Source: a virus
Lineage: Duplodnaviria; Heunggongvirae; Uroviricota; Caudoviricetes
Direction: 5' to 3' (one strand)
DNA: 45,562 nt
Virus record (IMG/VR): IMGVR_UViG_3300015184_000033
The position numbers were made by a program, and so were the translations under genes. Positions within the stretch are counted from its first letter, which is position 1. Each line of letters opens with the position of its first letter. The notes under the pieces were generated by a model. It was not told the DNA's origin. It saw only the letters and a list, made by a program, of their open reading frames with translations, and did no database searches. Positions 9,492 to 19,804 of the stretch are shown here, piece by piece.

Positions 9492-10955
9492 TTATTCAGA
9501 AAACAAGTTCAGCAGATAATCAGGATTATATTCCATGACGAACTCTATATCTCTGGCAGGTGAGAATGGTGTCATTTTTACATGGAATTTAACAATCCCG
9601 TCCATCAATGACGTAATCGTGTTTTCAGACTGATCAAAGGTAACAACACCACCTGCAATATCCTGATTACCTGTGAGGCCGTTAAGCCAAATATTCGCAC
9701 TTGTAACAATCGATTCAATTAATCGACGGTTTGCAGGATTGTCTATTTTTGACCAATGCGAAAGAATTAACGTATTACCCACCCAGTTAAACATACGTCG
9801 GCAAACACGAAATGCGTCTTTGGGGTCTGTAGATGTTGGATAAATAGCATTACGGTTTCCCCATGATTTCCAACCATCAAAATTAAGGCTTGTTACAATC
9901 CCCTGTCCATTTAAGTAGTTTGCCTGGCTAATGTTAAGCCATACTTCACTGCCATCTTTACGTACAGCACCGTCCATCTGTAGTTTTATATTTGACGGAG
10001 AACGTGATGGAATATCACCATACTGACTATCCAGCAAGCATGTTGCGGCCGCTAAATGGGTTGAGTGATGGTAAATATTGTCACCAAGTTTCACCATCGG
10101 CCAGCACACTGTCTGGTTAGCGGCCATGTGATTATTGTTCTGTTTCCATTCAGGAACAGCCGAGTAATCACTGATAGTAGATTTATCGGTCGGCGCATCC
10201 GTTATAGCTTCTGCTTTGAACAATTCACTAATCAGCGCGGCTTTAGCCGCCATTAGCTGACCAACTTCACTATCAGAACTAAATCCAGGTGCAATCACTT
10301 GTCCAGGAACTAACTTGAAGCGGGGATACACATCTGACAGTAACTCAAGCCCTGTATTGGCTTTAGTGTTGGAATCCACACCACCGATAATGTCATTTTT
10401 AGTTACGGCACCGGGATCAAGATGCGTATAACTAACCTTAAGAGTAGCGTCTTTTTCGGTAATTTTTCCTCCGCTAATAGCTGTAATGACCGTATAGCCA
10501 TTATCATCCAGCGCCAGCACATAATCGGTATCAACCGTTAACCCAGGCGAATCACCATCTGCTTTTTTCACAACAACAGATTTATATAAGACACCATCGT
10601 TAGAGAGCGTACCTTTCCCGCCAGAAAGTTTTACTAACTCATCAGTAACGTCTTTCTTATGCTTTGCTGGATCAAGCACATTGATAAATACAACTGGCGC
10701 AACACCATATATTCCAAATGCGACTTTAATTACTTCGCTTAAAGTATATTTCTCGAAGTTTGTGCTATATCCTATTTTAGATACGGCCTCTGCGTATGTA
10801 TAAGCAATGATAGGTTTATTTACCGCTGAGGCTGGATCTTCTAACTGATTAACAGGAGCCGTACCAAATGCGACAATCAACCCAGCACTAACTTGCACTG
10901 GAGGAGTTATAGATGTAGCCAGCTCAGATATATAAATACCGTGGCGATATCCCAT
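9492..10955 (-). CDS. Contractile tail sheath protein
   Basis: 487-aa ORF, size and position upstream of tube gene; N-terminus MGYRHGIYISELATS typical of sheath proteins. Confidence 0.8.
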   Translation of the reverse strand: MGYRHGIYISELATSITPPVQVSAGLIVAFGTAPVNQLEDPASAVNKPIIAYTYAEAVSKIGYSTNFEKYTLSEVIKVAFGIYGVAPVVFINVLDPAKHKKDVTDELVKLSGGKGTLSNDGVLYKSVVVKKADGDSPGLTVDTDYVLALDDNGYTVITAISGGKITEKDATLKVSYTHLDPGAVTKNDIIGGVDSNTKANTGLELLSDVYPRFKLVPGQVIAPGFSSDSEVGQLMAAKAALISELFKAEAITDAPTDKSTISDYSAVPEWKQNNNHMAANQTVCWPMVKLGDNIYHHSTHLAAATCLLDSQYGDIPSRSPSNIKLQMDGAVRKDGSEVWLNISQANYLNGQGIVTSLNFDGWKSWGNRNAIYPTSTDPKDAFRVCRRMFNWVGNTLILSHWSKIDNPANRRLIESIVTSANIWLNGLTGNQDIAGGVVTFDQSENTITSLMDGIVKFHVKMTPFSPARDIEFVMEYNPDYLLNLFSE

Positions 10956-11245
10956 TATTTAATCTCCATGATAGAAGAAGAAACTCTAGAGTACATTACA
11001 TACTCGACACTGGTTTTATCAGAAAGTCTTTTCTCTGCATCTGCAAAATCACTGGTTGCCACAAACAAACACTTTGCACCAGGAATATGTGATATTAATT
11101 TTTTACACTCTGGAGATAAGCCATTCTTAAATAGTTTATGCTTCAAAATTGAGAGTTGAGGGATTGTTGGTCCTATATATACAAATGTTTGAGCAACATC
11201 TTCCTTCTTTTCTATATCTTCTTTACTACTTTTCTTATTAGCCAT
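10955..11245 (-). CDS. Hypothetical protein (neck region)
   Basis: 96-aa ORF between head-completion genes and sheath; no recognised motif. Confidence 0.4.
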   Translation of the reverse strand: MANKKSSKEDIEKKEDVAQTFVYIGPTIPQLSILKHKLFKNGLSPECKKLISHIPGAKCLFVATSDFADAEKRLSDKTSVEYVMYSRVSSSIMEIK

Positions 11246-11731
11246 TTAGATAAACTCCTGAGACTGAATATTCTGAGGCTTTAATACTAGCCACGTTCCA
11301 GTTGCTTCCGTTATCCAATATGGATACGGTTGATCATCAAACATTCGCCATCTGATATCGCCCTGAAAAAGAAATTTATCTTCAAGTAAAGGCTTCTCCT
11401 GAAAATGAAACATCATCCTTTCAAGAAGAGCCATTACCCATTCATATCCAGTATGGTCCTCACAAAAACCACCTAGAAGAAACTTAACCTTAACTTCATC
11501 CGTTTCAGGCTGCATTCCTCCTTCCGTGGGCCTGATAATCACATGAGGAAATTCTGGCGGTTTATCTGGAGATGGTTGTGATTTAGGAGGCAAGTACCCT
11601 TTAAATATTGTTGGAACAAACAATTTAATATCGCTGTCTGTTTCATCATAAGGAGGCCCCTGCACTAATAAATCATGGAAAACCTCATGTTCCAACCGAT
11701 TTTTTATTGCATCTATCAAAAGATTAATCAA
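11246..11731 (-). CDS. Putative tail-completion/neck protein
   Basis: 161-aa ORF, position-based call within head-tail joining module. Confidence 0.4.
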   Translation of the reverse strand: MINLLIDAIKNRLEHEVFHDLLVQGPPYDETDSDIKLFVPTIFKGYLPPKSQPSPDKPPEFPHVIIRPTEGGMQPETDEVKVKFLLGGFCEDHTGYEWVMALLERMMFHFQEKPLLEDKFLFQGDIRWRMFDDQPYPYWITEATGTWLVLKPQNIQSQEFI

Positions 11732-12072
11732 ATCGGCATTCCTCTGTTAGTATTAACAGTGAGAGTTATTTCCAATACACCAACATTATCTGATACTTCA
11801 TCAACAATATAATTTTTACCGTTGATTTTCATTGACTGGTCTTTGACTGGGAGAACAGGAAAATCTTTTCTTGAAACAAACAATATTATTTGCCCCTGAT
11901 TTATTCCCTCTGCAAACTCAGCATATGAGCGTTTATTCCGCTCATGAATAAGGTCTGTATCAATAACGGCAAGGATATCCTTGCCGTCTATGTTATATGT
12001 ATCGGCAAACTCTTTTTCATTGAGGAATATTGCAGAAATATCTTGCGCTATAACCTCTTTGAAGGAGTTCAT
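11728..12072 (-). CDS. Putative head-tail connector (FII-like position)
   Basis: 114-aa ORF translationally coupled to neighbours downstream of capsid gene. Confidence 0.4.
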   Translation of the reverse strand: MNSFKEVIAQDISAIFLNEKEFADTYNIDGKDILAVIDTDLIHERNKRSYAEFAEGINQGQIILFVSRKDFPVLPVKDQSMKINGKNYIVDEVSDNVGVLEITLTVNTNRGMPI

Positions 12073-12464
12073 TACTTCTTATTACCTTTTTTTTGCGTTG
12101 ATTTTTTCGCATTACTGGTATCAGAAGTAGCTACAGATTCAGATGAATCATCAGCAACCGTTTCCTCATTGCCGCCATCATCCTCAAACTCAACCTCGAA
12201 TACACAGCTACCCGCCTCCGTTCGCGTAATCAACCCCGCGTCCACAGCATCATTAACAGCAGATGCGTATCCATGCTCAAAAGCTAACTTAGCAGCATCA
12301 TAGCCCCCGGCCGATGCCAAATCCCCATCCTCTTCGGTGGCAATAGCATGTCCTGACGCAATCAGTTCAGCAATTCTGGAGTTATCCATTAGCCCATTAA
12401 GCAAACGGCCCGCTTTTAGCGAGCCGTGGCTTATCGTATCAATATTTTTAATCAGTCTGGCCAT
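12072..12464 (-). CDS. Putative head completion/DNA-packaging accessory protein (FI-like position)
   Basis: 130-aa acidic ORF directly after major capsid gene; basic C-terminal tail KKSTQKKGNKK. Confidence 0.4.
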   Translation of the reverse strand: MARLIKNIDTISHGSLKAGRLLNGLMDNSRIAELIASGHAIATEEDGDLASAGGYDAAKLAFEHGYASAVNDAVDAGLITRTEAGSCVFEVEFEDDGGNEETVADDSSESVATSDTSNAKKSTQKKGNKK

Positions 12465-13508
12465 TTAAACCACCTTAGCCACCAGATAGGCATCAGCCAC
12501 ACCTGGATTAGGCAGTGGAGATGACTTCATGGCAACATAACGGCCAGCCGGCTTACGAGTTACCCAGGTGTCTGGAACTCGTGGCGACTCAACAATCGTT
12601 AGAGTCTTTTCGGCGTCATCTACAAGCTCTACAGCACCATACAGCATCGTTCCTCGACCAGGAGAGCCAAAGAGGATCTTATCTTCCGGTACTAATGGTT
12701 CTGGTTTTCCTGTTTTATCATTGCGAATAAGTTCGTCGTAACCATAAAAATCGACACCTTCAAGATTGCCATAATGAGTTACGCCTTCTTCTAACTCCTT
12801 AGGCTCAATATACCCAAGCTCTTTTCGGCGATTATCAAGATATTTAGTTACTGCTTCATTTTTAACGAAGGCATCAACAACTTTTGCGCCCATTACGGCA
12901 ACACGAGGTGTAAAACCTGAAGTTAGTGATACCCGACGTTTCCAGTTGCGAACATTGACCAACGGATCTGATTTTGCTGCACTCCATAAATCATCACCTG
13001 TCAGTTCAAGATATGGTTTATCTCCTTCCTCTTCAGGCCAAAAATAAACTGTGTCATCCACTCCTTCACCAACAATATCAACCTGCCCCGTAAACAAGAC
13101 TTGTGCACACATCCATTCTTCACGGCGGTTAACCATTTCATCAAGCTCAAGCAAATCTTTACCTAATTGCTCGGCGGCTCGTTCTGCTGGCGATTTTGCG
13201 TTGTAAATATTCTCACCCGGAAGCCTGTTTAAAAGCAGCTCGGCTGTTGTTACCAAATCAGGTGCAACAAGTGGTGGCTCCAGAGTTCTCGTTACAAAGC
13301 CGCGTCGCTCAACGGTTTTTGAGCCAAAACCTTTACCAACAAACGGAGCCATAGTACGGCCACCGCGAACAAAATCCAGATCAACTTTCTTTGTATTAAA
13401 GGTCTGAACACCAGGAAAAAAGGTACGAAGAAGAAAACGACGAGCCTTGAAATTCTGAATAACAGGCTCAAGCATTGTACGTCGTTCAAAAATATCAATA
13501 TTCGGCAT
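12465..13508 (-). CDS. Major capsid protein, lambda gpE family
   Basis: 347-aa ORF; size and placement after decoration protein; sequence pattern similar to remembered lambda E. Confidence 0.8.
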   Translation of the reverse strand: MPNIDIFERRTMLEPVIQNFKARRFLLRTFFPGVQTFNTKKVDLDFVRGGRTMAPFVGKGFGSKTVERRGFVTRTLEPPLVAPDLVTTAELLLNRLPGENIYNAKSPAERAAEQLGKDLLELDEMVNRREEWMCAQVLFTGQVDIVGEGVDDTVYFWPEEEGDKPYLELTGDDLWSAAKSDPLVNVRNWKRRVSLTSGFTPRVAVMGAKVVDAFVKNEAVTKYLDNRRKELGYIEPKELEEGVTHYGNLEGVDFYGYDELIRNDKTGKPEPLVPEDKILFGSPGRGTMLYGAVELVDDAEKTLTIVESPRVPDTWVTRKPAGRYVAMKSSPLPNPGVADAYLVAKVV

Positions 13509-13528
13509 AAAAATACGACCTCTTTATA

Positions 13529-13912
13529 TTATGCAGATGGATTTTGTTGTGCGGTATTAAGGAATATCCCAACCTTCCGGCAAGCCAGATATACATCGGC
13601 AATCTTTGCTGATTCAGGAAGGATAACCGCATGTGCATTGAACATTCCGGTCAGCCATGCTGTTCCAACTTGCGCTGAATCAGTCGCATCAATACTATGT
13701 TGAGCGATACAATACGGTTCTTTTGCCACCCCCTCACCAGAGAGATTTATTGGTGCCACAGTGACAACATTTGTTGTCTGATCAATACTGACAAAAGCAA
13801 GCAACTCACCTCGATTTACTTTACCGCTGGCAAGTTTAATACTTGTTGTAATTGCTGGCATACCACCAGAAATAATCAGATTATCTGGTTCAAATGAAAA
13901 AGACTCTCGCAT
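13529..13912 (-). CDS. Head decoration protein (lambda gpD-like)
   Basis: 127-aa ORF between protease/scaffold and major capsid gene, as in lambda C-Nu3-D-E order. Confidence 0.6.
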   Translation of the reverse strand: MRESFSFEPDNLIISGGMPAITTSIKLASGKVNRGELLAFVSIDQTTNVVTVAPINLSGEGVAKEPYCIAQHSIDATDSAQVGTAWLTGMFNAHAVILPESAKIADVYLACRKVGIFLNTAQQNPSA

Positions 13913-13921
13913 AAACTCACC

Positions 13922-15010
13922 TTAATTATTATCGCGGTTTTTAAATACTGACCCAATAACATTTTTTACTACTTCAGCTTGTTTATCGCCGTTGTTTTCT
14001 GGTTGATTAACATCAACTGAATCATTCACCTCATTTGCGTCTTCTTGCCGTTGATTAAGAAAGTTTTTGTTACGCGCTCGCTCTGCATTCATAATTTCCA
14101 AAGCAAGTTCAGCCGCAGAAATTCCCGTTTTAAATTTTGCATTCTTAACCAAGTCGTCATGACCTGGAATTACGCTATTCTCGATTGTTTCAATGCGCTC
14201 GCGTTCTGATTTAACGCCCTCGTCTTTACCAGCATTAAAAACCTGATTGTATAATTCTGGATGTTTATTTTTTAATTCATCAAGAGTCACAACATCGTCC
14301 TCATTTTGTTCATTTAATTCAGTAGATAATTCATTTTTATTTTGTGGCAACTTTGCGAGCGAATCAGGTAATTTTGAAAACCTTGATGCTTCAAAAGTTA
14401 TTCCATTGAGCGAAAGCATCCCTTCCTTTATAGAAGCGGATAAGCGCATTGGTTTTTCAACTTCGTCAGCAAATCCAAGCTCTACAGCCTCTTCTGCATT
14501 TAGCCATGTTTCCTGATCCATTAGTTCAATTAATTTATCCTCAGAAAGCCCTGTTTTCTCCTTATATGCAGATAAAATACTATCTCGTATCTTATCCATC
14601 ATCTCAGCAATATCACGTAGTTCATCCGCATCACCAGCAGCAAATGTCCACGGATTATGGATCATCATCATAGCATTAGATGGGATAACAACTTTATCAC
14701 CTGCCATTGCAATAATGGTTGCAGCCGATGCAGCAATACCATCAATATAAACAGTAATATTAGCCTTATGACGTTTTAATGAAGAAAGAATAGCTTGAGC
14801 AGTAAAAACAGAACCACCATAACTATTAATTTTTACGTTGATAGCATTTGATGATATATCCTTTAATTTATTAACTATGTCAGAAGAAGAAACCTCATCA
14901 AATTCGCCAATATATCCGTAGATTAAAAGTTCAGCCGGAGAGTCATCTTCACCCGTGCTATTTTTTATTTCCCACCAATTAGGCATCATCTGTCTCCATA
15001 TTTTGTTCAT
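13922..15010 (-). CDS. Head maturation protease (S49/ClpP-like) with C-terminal scaffold-like region
   Basis: 362-aa ORF; N-terminal peptidase region (YGGSVFTAQAI, IDGIAASAATIIAMAGDK) followed by acidic helical C-terminus; follows portal. Confidence 0.75.
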   Translation of the reverse strand: MNKIWRQMMPNWWEIKNSTGEDDSPAELLIYGYIGEFDEVSSSDIVNKLKDISSNAINVKINSYGGSVFTAQAILSSLKRHKANITVYIDGIAASAATIIAMAGDKVVIPSNAMMMIHNPWTFAAGDADELRDIAEMMDKIRDSILSAYKEKTGLSEDKLIELMDQETWLNAEEAVELGFADEVEKPMRLSASIKEGMLSLNGITFEASRFSKLPDSLAKLPQNKNELSTELNEQNEDDVVTLDELKNKHPELYNQVFNAGKDEGVKSERERIETIENSVIPGHDDLVKNAKFKTGISAAELALEIMNAERARNKNFLNQRQEDANEVNDSVDVNQPENNGDKQAEVVKNVIGSVFKNRDNN

Positions 15011-16553
15011 TTACCTCAGAAACAGGAGGCGTAATCAGCCCAAACTCACGGCGAGCATTCTCTTCTCTGCCACAAATTTGTGCGGTTTCTTCCCAGTTAA
15101 GACCTGACATTTCAGCCGCTTCCTTTTCACGGGTAGAGAATGTTTCCTCAACACGCAGTTTTGCAGCTTTGACTTCTTTAAGGGGATCTAATTGGCCTTG
15201 TGATGGGCCATACCATTGAGCGCCACTCCATGCAGCGCGATATTCAGGCCCATAAAAAAAACCAGGGGCAATAACACGACCTTTAGCAACGGCTTCGGCC
15301 AACCATTCCTCATAGATCGGTTGGCAAAATGACTGAACCATCCAGTCACGTCGCATACGGAACATTTTCCAGGCTTCAAGTAATGCGGCCCTGCTTGCGC
15401 TATAACTTGCTGTAAAATGCTTTACCAAAAGTTCGTAAGGGAGTTCTAAAGCAGCCCCAATTTGACGGCATATGGCGACAACAAAACCATCAAATGCCGT
15501 ATTTGGTCGCCCGGGATTTGCTGTATCTATCGACTCACCTTCACCCAAACTTACTATGGAGCCATTCCCCATTTCTTGGGTGTTATCATCATGGTTATCG
15601 ATCTGCTCGTACTGAGGGATACCCGATTCACCGACTGGTCCATCAGGAGCGTCTGTTTTAATAAAGACAGTAAACATCCCTGACACAACCGCAGCAACCA
15701 ATTCAGCATCGGTGTATCGTCCTAACTGCTTCAATGCTTCAATTACAGGAGCAAGGACAGGAACGCCACGGCGTTGCCCAGGCCTTTCAAAATCCTGCAT
15801 GACATGCAGAATATTTCTTCTTCCTGTTTTACTCCCATATGCGGGAATACGTTCCCACTTGCGGGTTACAAAACCAGAAGTCCCGGCTGGGTGATGTTTT
15901 GCAACCCAGTACGCCACAGGCTCGCTAAATTCACCAACCTCTACGCCACCGTAAAGATTTGGTATAAAACGATCCTCTGGATTGCAAACACGATCACCTT
16001 CAATTAAATAGACGCACAAATCATATATAACACCCTTACGCTTAATAACTGGTAGCGCAGCAAATATATCGCCAGATGTTAAAGCAGATATTTGAACCAA
16101 TGATTGCAATTGTCCAAAAGTACACATTCTTGATGCATCACAATTTGGAGAATCAGCCCATAATCTAAACTCACGCTCAACATGCTTTTCCCATGCTCGC
16201 GCTTCTTCCTGCGTCATCCCCAAGAAATCGGCATCAATGTTCGCATTTAGTTTTAAACCGGAACCAACAACGTTTGTCCTGATAGTTTTTATTGCGCCAA
16301 CCGATAGCGGGTTTCCCATGAAGAGATCACGAGAACGCTCACGCAATTTATCTATATTTTTAACAATATCATCATCAGGAGAACCAGCTTTACTAAACCA
16401 ACCCCTTAATGATTTTTTATGAGTGCTTGCACCATGACGTGAATATCCAAGGTTATTAATACCTTCAAGTGCTTCTAACCGTTTTCTTGCCAAAGCTCGA
16501 TTTAATGCCCTCTGAGGTGAAAACGGCGCAATAACTCGATCAAGAATATTCAT
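14979..16553 (-). CDS. Portal protein (lambda gpB family)
   Basis: 524-aa ORF between gpW-like gene and protease; size and order match lambda B. Confidence 0.8.
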   Translation of the reverse strand: MNILDRVIAPFSPQRALNRALARKRLEALEGINNLGYSRHGASTHKKSLRGWFSKAGSPDDDIVKNIDKLRERSRDLFMGNPLSVGAIKTIRTNVVGSGLKLNANIDADFLGMTQEEARAWEKHVEREFRLWADSPNCDASRMCTFGQLQSLVQISALTSGDIFAALPVIKRKGVIYDLCVYLIEGDRVCNPEDRFIPNLYGGVEVGEFSEPVAYWVAKHHPAGTSGFVTRKWERIPAYGSKTGRRNILHVMQDFERPGQRRGVPVLAPVIEALKQLGRYTDAELVAAVVSGMFTVFIKTDAPDGPVGESGIPQYEQIDNHDDNTQEMGNGSIVSLGEGESIDTANPGRPNTAFDGFVVAICRQIGAALELPYELLVKHFTASYSASRAALLEAWKMFRMRRDWMVQSFCQPIYEEWLAEAVAKGRVIAPGFFYGPEYRAAWSGAQWYGPSQGQLDPLKEVKAAKLRVEETFSTREKEAAEMSGLNWEETAQICGREENARREFGLITPPVSEVNEQNMETDDA

Positions 16554-16789
16554 AAATCTCTTATCACCACTCGTTTAATTCGTGGGCCTCGGCGTATACC
16601 TGCTGATAATCTTTCTACTTCATTACGCCAGTAATCCATCTCTTTTCTGACTTCTGATAAATCCGCACGAGTTAACTGCCGCGTACCAAATTTATATGAC
16701 TGACCGCCAATAGCAATAGCGCGATATGCTTCCCGCCAGACAGATAACATCTCTCTGGCTTCACTCAGAGATAATGCTTCATTGTTCAT
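16550..16789 (-). CDS. Head-to-tail joining protein gpW-like
   Basis: 79-aa ORF between terminase large subunit and portal; C-terminal RRGPRIK resembles lambda W. Confidence 0.55.
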   Translation of the reverse strand: MNNEALSLSEAREMLSVWREAYRAIAIGGQSYKFGTRQLTRADLSEVRKEMDYWRNEVERLSAGIRRGPRIKRVVIRDL

Positions 16790-16800
16790 TTATATTTCCT

Positions 16801-18657
16801 CTATATGGTTACGCCTTTACTTATAACTCTACGGCGTCTTCTACGTATACCTGACGAGTTCTGCACATACACATTACCTCGCATTTCCTGTTCGGCAAGC
16901 CAGTTAAAATTAGGGTTCAGAATTTCCATCGCGGCAGTTGCATAGTTACGGCAATCAAGAGGCTCGTTACGCTCGTAGACTTTCACCCATTTTTCTTTTG
17001 TCTGCCCATTTTTATATTCAAATATTTTTTTCTCTGATAATAATCCTTTAAAGTATTCGGTATCATATCCTCTGTCAGAATCTAATGGGAAATGCATATA
17101 ACCAGGACCAGGATCATGCAGTTTAATTCTTGCCATGATGGTCCCTTTACCATCATCAACCCCCAAATTAAACAACATAGCACCCACACGGTTATTATTA
17201 CTTGGCTTTCCTATAAATGGTAAACCTACCCCACCACGCCCCCTGATAGAGTATATTCGCCTTGATTCTCTCGGCTTAGTAAAGCGATATACCTCTGTCG
17301 TAAAATGCCCACCAGAGTCAATACAAACGGAAGAAATCTGTAATTTTCGACCGTCACGGAATGACCAGCTACGAAGTAAGTATTCATCAAGTTGTTTCCA
17401 GACAACATCTTGTGCGGGATCACCTGGGAATATTTTATATTCTATCCCCCATGACTCCTTACCTTTTCCCCAACCGACCAATTCACAAACTAAATACGTG
17501 TCCTGTACGTCAACACCAGCACTTAACAATAAAACATCATCTGGTAAAAACTCTTCAAACCTTATTCTGCGTTGCAACAAGTATTCAGGATCGATATCGT
17601 CTTTAGCATCCTCTTTCCATGGCTCACCCAGCTTAAGGTTAATAAACTCCATTAATCCATTTTTATCGCGGTTTCTGGTTGCTTCCGTAAATTCTTCAAC
17701 CAGCTCTGACAATGCAACCCACGGGGAGTAAAGACTGTTAATATGAAAACCAACAATACCTTTAACTCCAGTATGTTCAGCTACCCATACCCCCTTCGCC
17801 AACCAATCAACGTCTGGTTTACCAGATCCGCGCATAATCCCGCCGCACTCACAGCACTCATATCTGGCCGTTTCCGGTAACGCCTCACCTGAATCGCTCT
17901 TATCCCATCTGACTTGCGACCATTTCATCACCTGCATGGTGCCACAACATGGGCAAGGAACATGGTAGTAACGCTGATCGGAGAGCTTAAACCACTTGTG
18001 GATTTTGCTCGTTTCCTCCAAAACAGGAGTAGAAACAAAAACTTTCTTACGATTATGAAAGTTGGTAGTACGCTGAATACCTAGTTTTAGTGGGTCGCCC
18101 TCCTGCGTCACACCGTAACGATCAATCTCATCAGCTAACAGTATTCGAATTGGCCTGGATGCAAGACCTGCTGGGGAATTAGCACCAACAAGTGCTATAT
18201 ATCCACCAGCGTAATGCTTCATACGTATAGTCGTGCTGGACTTTTTGGCTGCACCGCGCCCCTCTTTCCCTTCATGCAGCTTGTGTTTCAAACCAGGGGA
18301 ATATTTGAACGTCGGATCAATACGCTCTTTTGAAAAAGCCTCAGCCGCCTCTACCGTTGGATAAATCATCAACTGAGGAGATGGCTCCTGATCTGCAAAG
18401 TAACCCATAACATTTAGCTGTAATTCGGATTTACCAATTTGCGAGCTACATTGCATCACTACTGTTTCTGTATCAGCGTCACCAATAACATCCATTGGTT
18501 CACGCAAATATGGCACTCGGCTTGTACGCCACGGCCCTGGCTCTGGAGACGTTCCCGGCGCTACATGACGATACTTATCAGCCCATTCGGAAACAGTTAG
18601 CCGTGATTTAGGGCGAAGCGCACGGAAAAAAGCGGTGCTCCATACTGTTTCGCCCAT
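16801..18657 (-). CDS. Terminase large subunit (lambda gpA-like)
   Basis: 618-aa ORF; N-terminal ATPase region and C-terminal nuclease-size domain; flanked by TerS and gpW-like genes. Confidence 0.9.
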   Translation of the reverse strand: MGETVWSTAFFRALRPKSRLTVSEWADKYRHVAPGTSPEPGPWRTSRVPYLREPMDVIGDADTETVVMQCSSQIGKSELQLNVMGYFADQEPSPQLMIYPTVEAAEAFSKERIDPTFKYSPGLKHKLHEGKEGRGAAKKSSTTIRMKHYAGGYIALVGANSPAGLASRPIRILLADEIDRYGVTQEGDPLKLGIQRTTNFHNRKKVFVSTPVLEETSKIHKWFKLSDQRYYHVPCPCCGTMQVMKWSQVRWDKSDSGEALPETARYECCECGGIMRGSGKPDVDWLAKGVWVAEHTGVKGIVGFHINSLYSPWVALSELVEEFTEATRNRDKNGLMEFINLKLGEPWKEDAKDDIDPEYLLQRRIRFEEFLPDDVLLLSAGVDVQDTYLVCELVGWGKGKESWGIEYKIFPGDPAQDVVWKQLDEYLLRSWSFRDGRKLQISSVCIDSGGHFTTEVYRFTKPRESRRIYSIRGRGGVGLPFIGKPSNNNRVGAMLFNLGVDDGKGTIMARIKLHDPGPGYMHFPLDSDRGYDTEYFKGLLSEKKIFEYKNGQTKEKWVKVYERNEPLDCRNYATAAMEILNPNFNWLAEQEMRGNVYVQNSSGIRRRRRRVISKGVTI

Positions 18658-18662
18658 GAGGT

Positions 18663-19223
18663 TTATTCTTCCTGCTTAATAAATCGGGATTCCTGGAGCG
18701 CCTGAAGCGCAAAATTAATCTCGTCTTCAATAATGCGTTCGATCTCCCTGGCTGTTTTGCCTTCACAACGGGGAGCTGCTCTTGGAGCAATACTAAATAA
18801 GCGGCTACGCAATTCATTAGCTGCCAGAAATGCATCATCCCTGACCGCATCTTTAGCGATGAGAGAGCCTTCCTTTTCTTCAAATTCAAGGCGTTTCAGC
18901 TTTGCCTGATAAATTTTTTCTGCGGTCTTAGCCTTGTTGAATTGCACCGCAACACCGGAAGTACCACCAGCTAATCCGGCATCATCAGCGGGTAACTCTG
19001 GTTGTTCCGAAGATATCCCATGCCCTCTTTTTCCGTTTTCAGCAGATACCTCACGACCAACCTGTCGGCTCGCTTCATAAGCCGCACTTGCTTTATCAAA
19101 ATCCAGCTTGCCGCTTTTCAGCACTGGAATGCGACCGGAACGACAGAGCTTCGTAACCATTGCCGGAGAAATACCTTTCCGGCGGGCAAACTCTGACTTA
19201 CTGACGATGGCCATTACTTGCAA
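18663..19223 (-). CDS. Terminase small subunit
   Basis: 186-aa ORF immediately upstream of TerL; N-terminal HTH-like segment SKSEFARRKGISPAMVTKLCRSGRIPV. Confidence 0.6.
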   Translation of the reverse strand: MQVMAIVSKSEFARRKGISPAMVTKLCRSGRIPVLKSGKLDFDKASAAYEASRQVGREVSAENGKRGHGISSEQPELPADDAGLAGGTSGVAVQFNKAKTAEKIYQAKLKRLEFEEKEGSLIAKDAVRDDAFLAANELRSRLFSIAPRAAPRCEGKTAREIERIIEDEINFALQALQESRFIKQEE

Positions 19224-19804
19224 CCATTAGCAAGATACTGAACAAATCCCTCATGCGTTTCATGCGCGTCGTGGTACTGACGATAAACATCCAGCAACAA
19301 TGCAATTTCCATATCCGTCGCGGGAATACGTTCTTTATCAATAGCCAGGTACTTAATTTGAACAACAGGGGAAGAATTATCGTCTTCTTCCTGCGGCTGT
19401 TCATCGCTTAACATTTCGTCAAGCTCTGCATCATTAAACCCAAGCAGATCAATATCAAAATCATCATCCATTAACTCTTTGACTTCTTCGGCCAGAAGCT
19501 GCATATCCCAGCCAGCATTTAAGGCCAGCTTGTTATCTGCAATCCTGTAAGCCTTCTTCTGTTTTTCAGAAAGGTTACTCAACCGAATCGCCGGAACTTT
19601 ATCCATTTCCAGAATTTCGGCTGCTGCAAGCCGACCATGCCCCGCAATCAGTTCATTCTTTTCATCGATCAGCACAGGATTAGTGAAACCGAACTCACGG
19701 ATACTGTTCACCAACTGTTCAACTTGCTCATCTGAATGAGTCCGTGAATTTTTGGCATATCTGAGCAGCTTACCGACTGGTAAATATTCGATTTTTAGAG
19801 CCAT
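19214..19804 (-). CDS. ParB-like nuclease domain protein
   Basis: 196-aa ORF with ParB N-terminal motif NPVLIDEKNELIAGHGRLAAA; common partner of terminase genes. Confidence 0.75.
   Translation of the reverse strand: MALKIEYLPVGKLLRYAKNSRTHSDEQVEQLVNSIREFGFTNPVLIDEKNELIAGHGRLAAAEILEMDKVPAIRLSNLSEKQKKAYRIADNKLALNAGWDMQLLAEEVKELMDDDFDIDLLGFNDAELDEMLSDEQPQEEDDNSSPVVQIKYLAIDKERIPATDMEIALLLDVYRQYHDAHETHEGFVQYLANGCK

Noticed and set aside
17135-17731. 198-aa plus-strand ORF inside the terminase large subunit gene
   Set aside because: Antisense to a well-supported TerL gene; low-complexity Ser/Pro-rich translation
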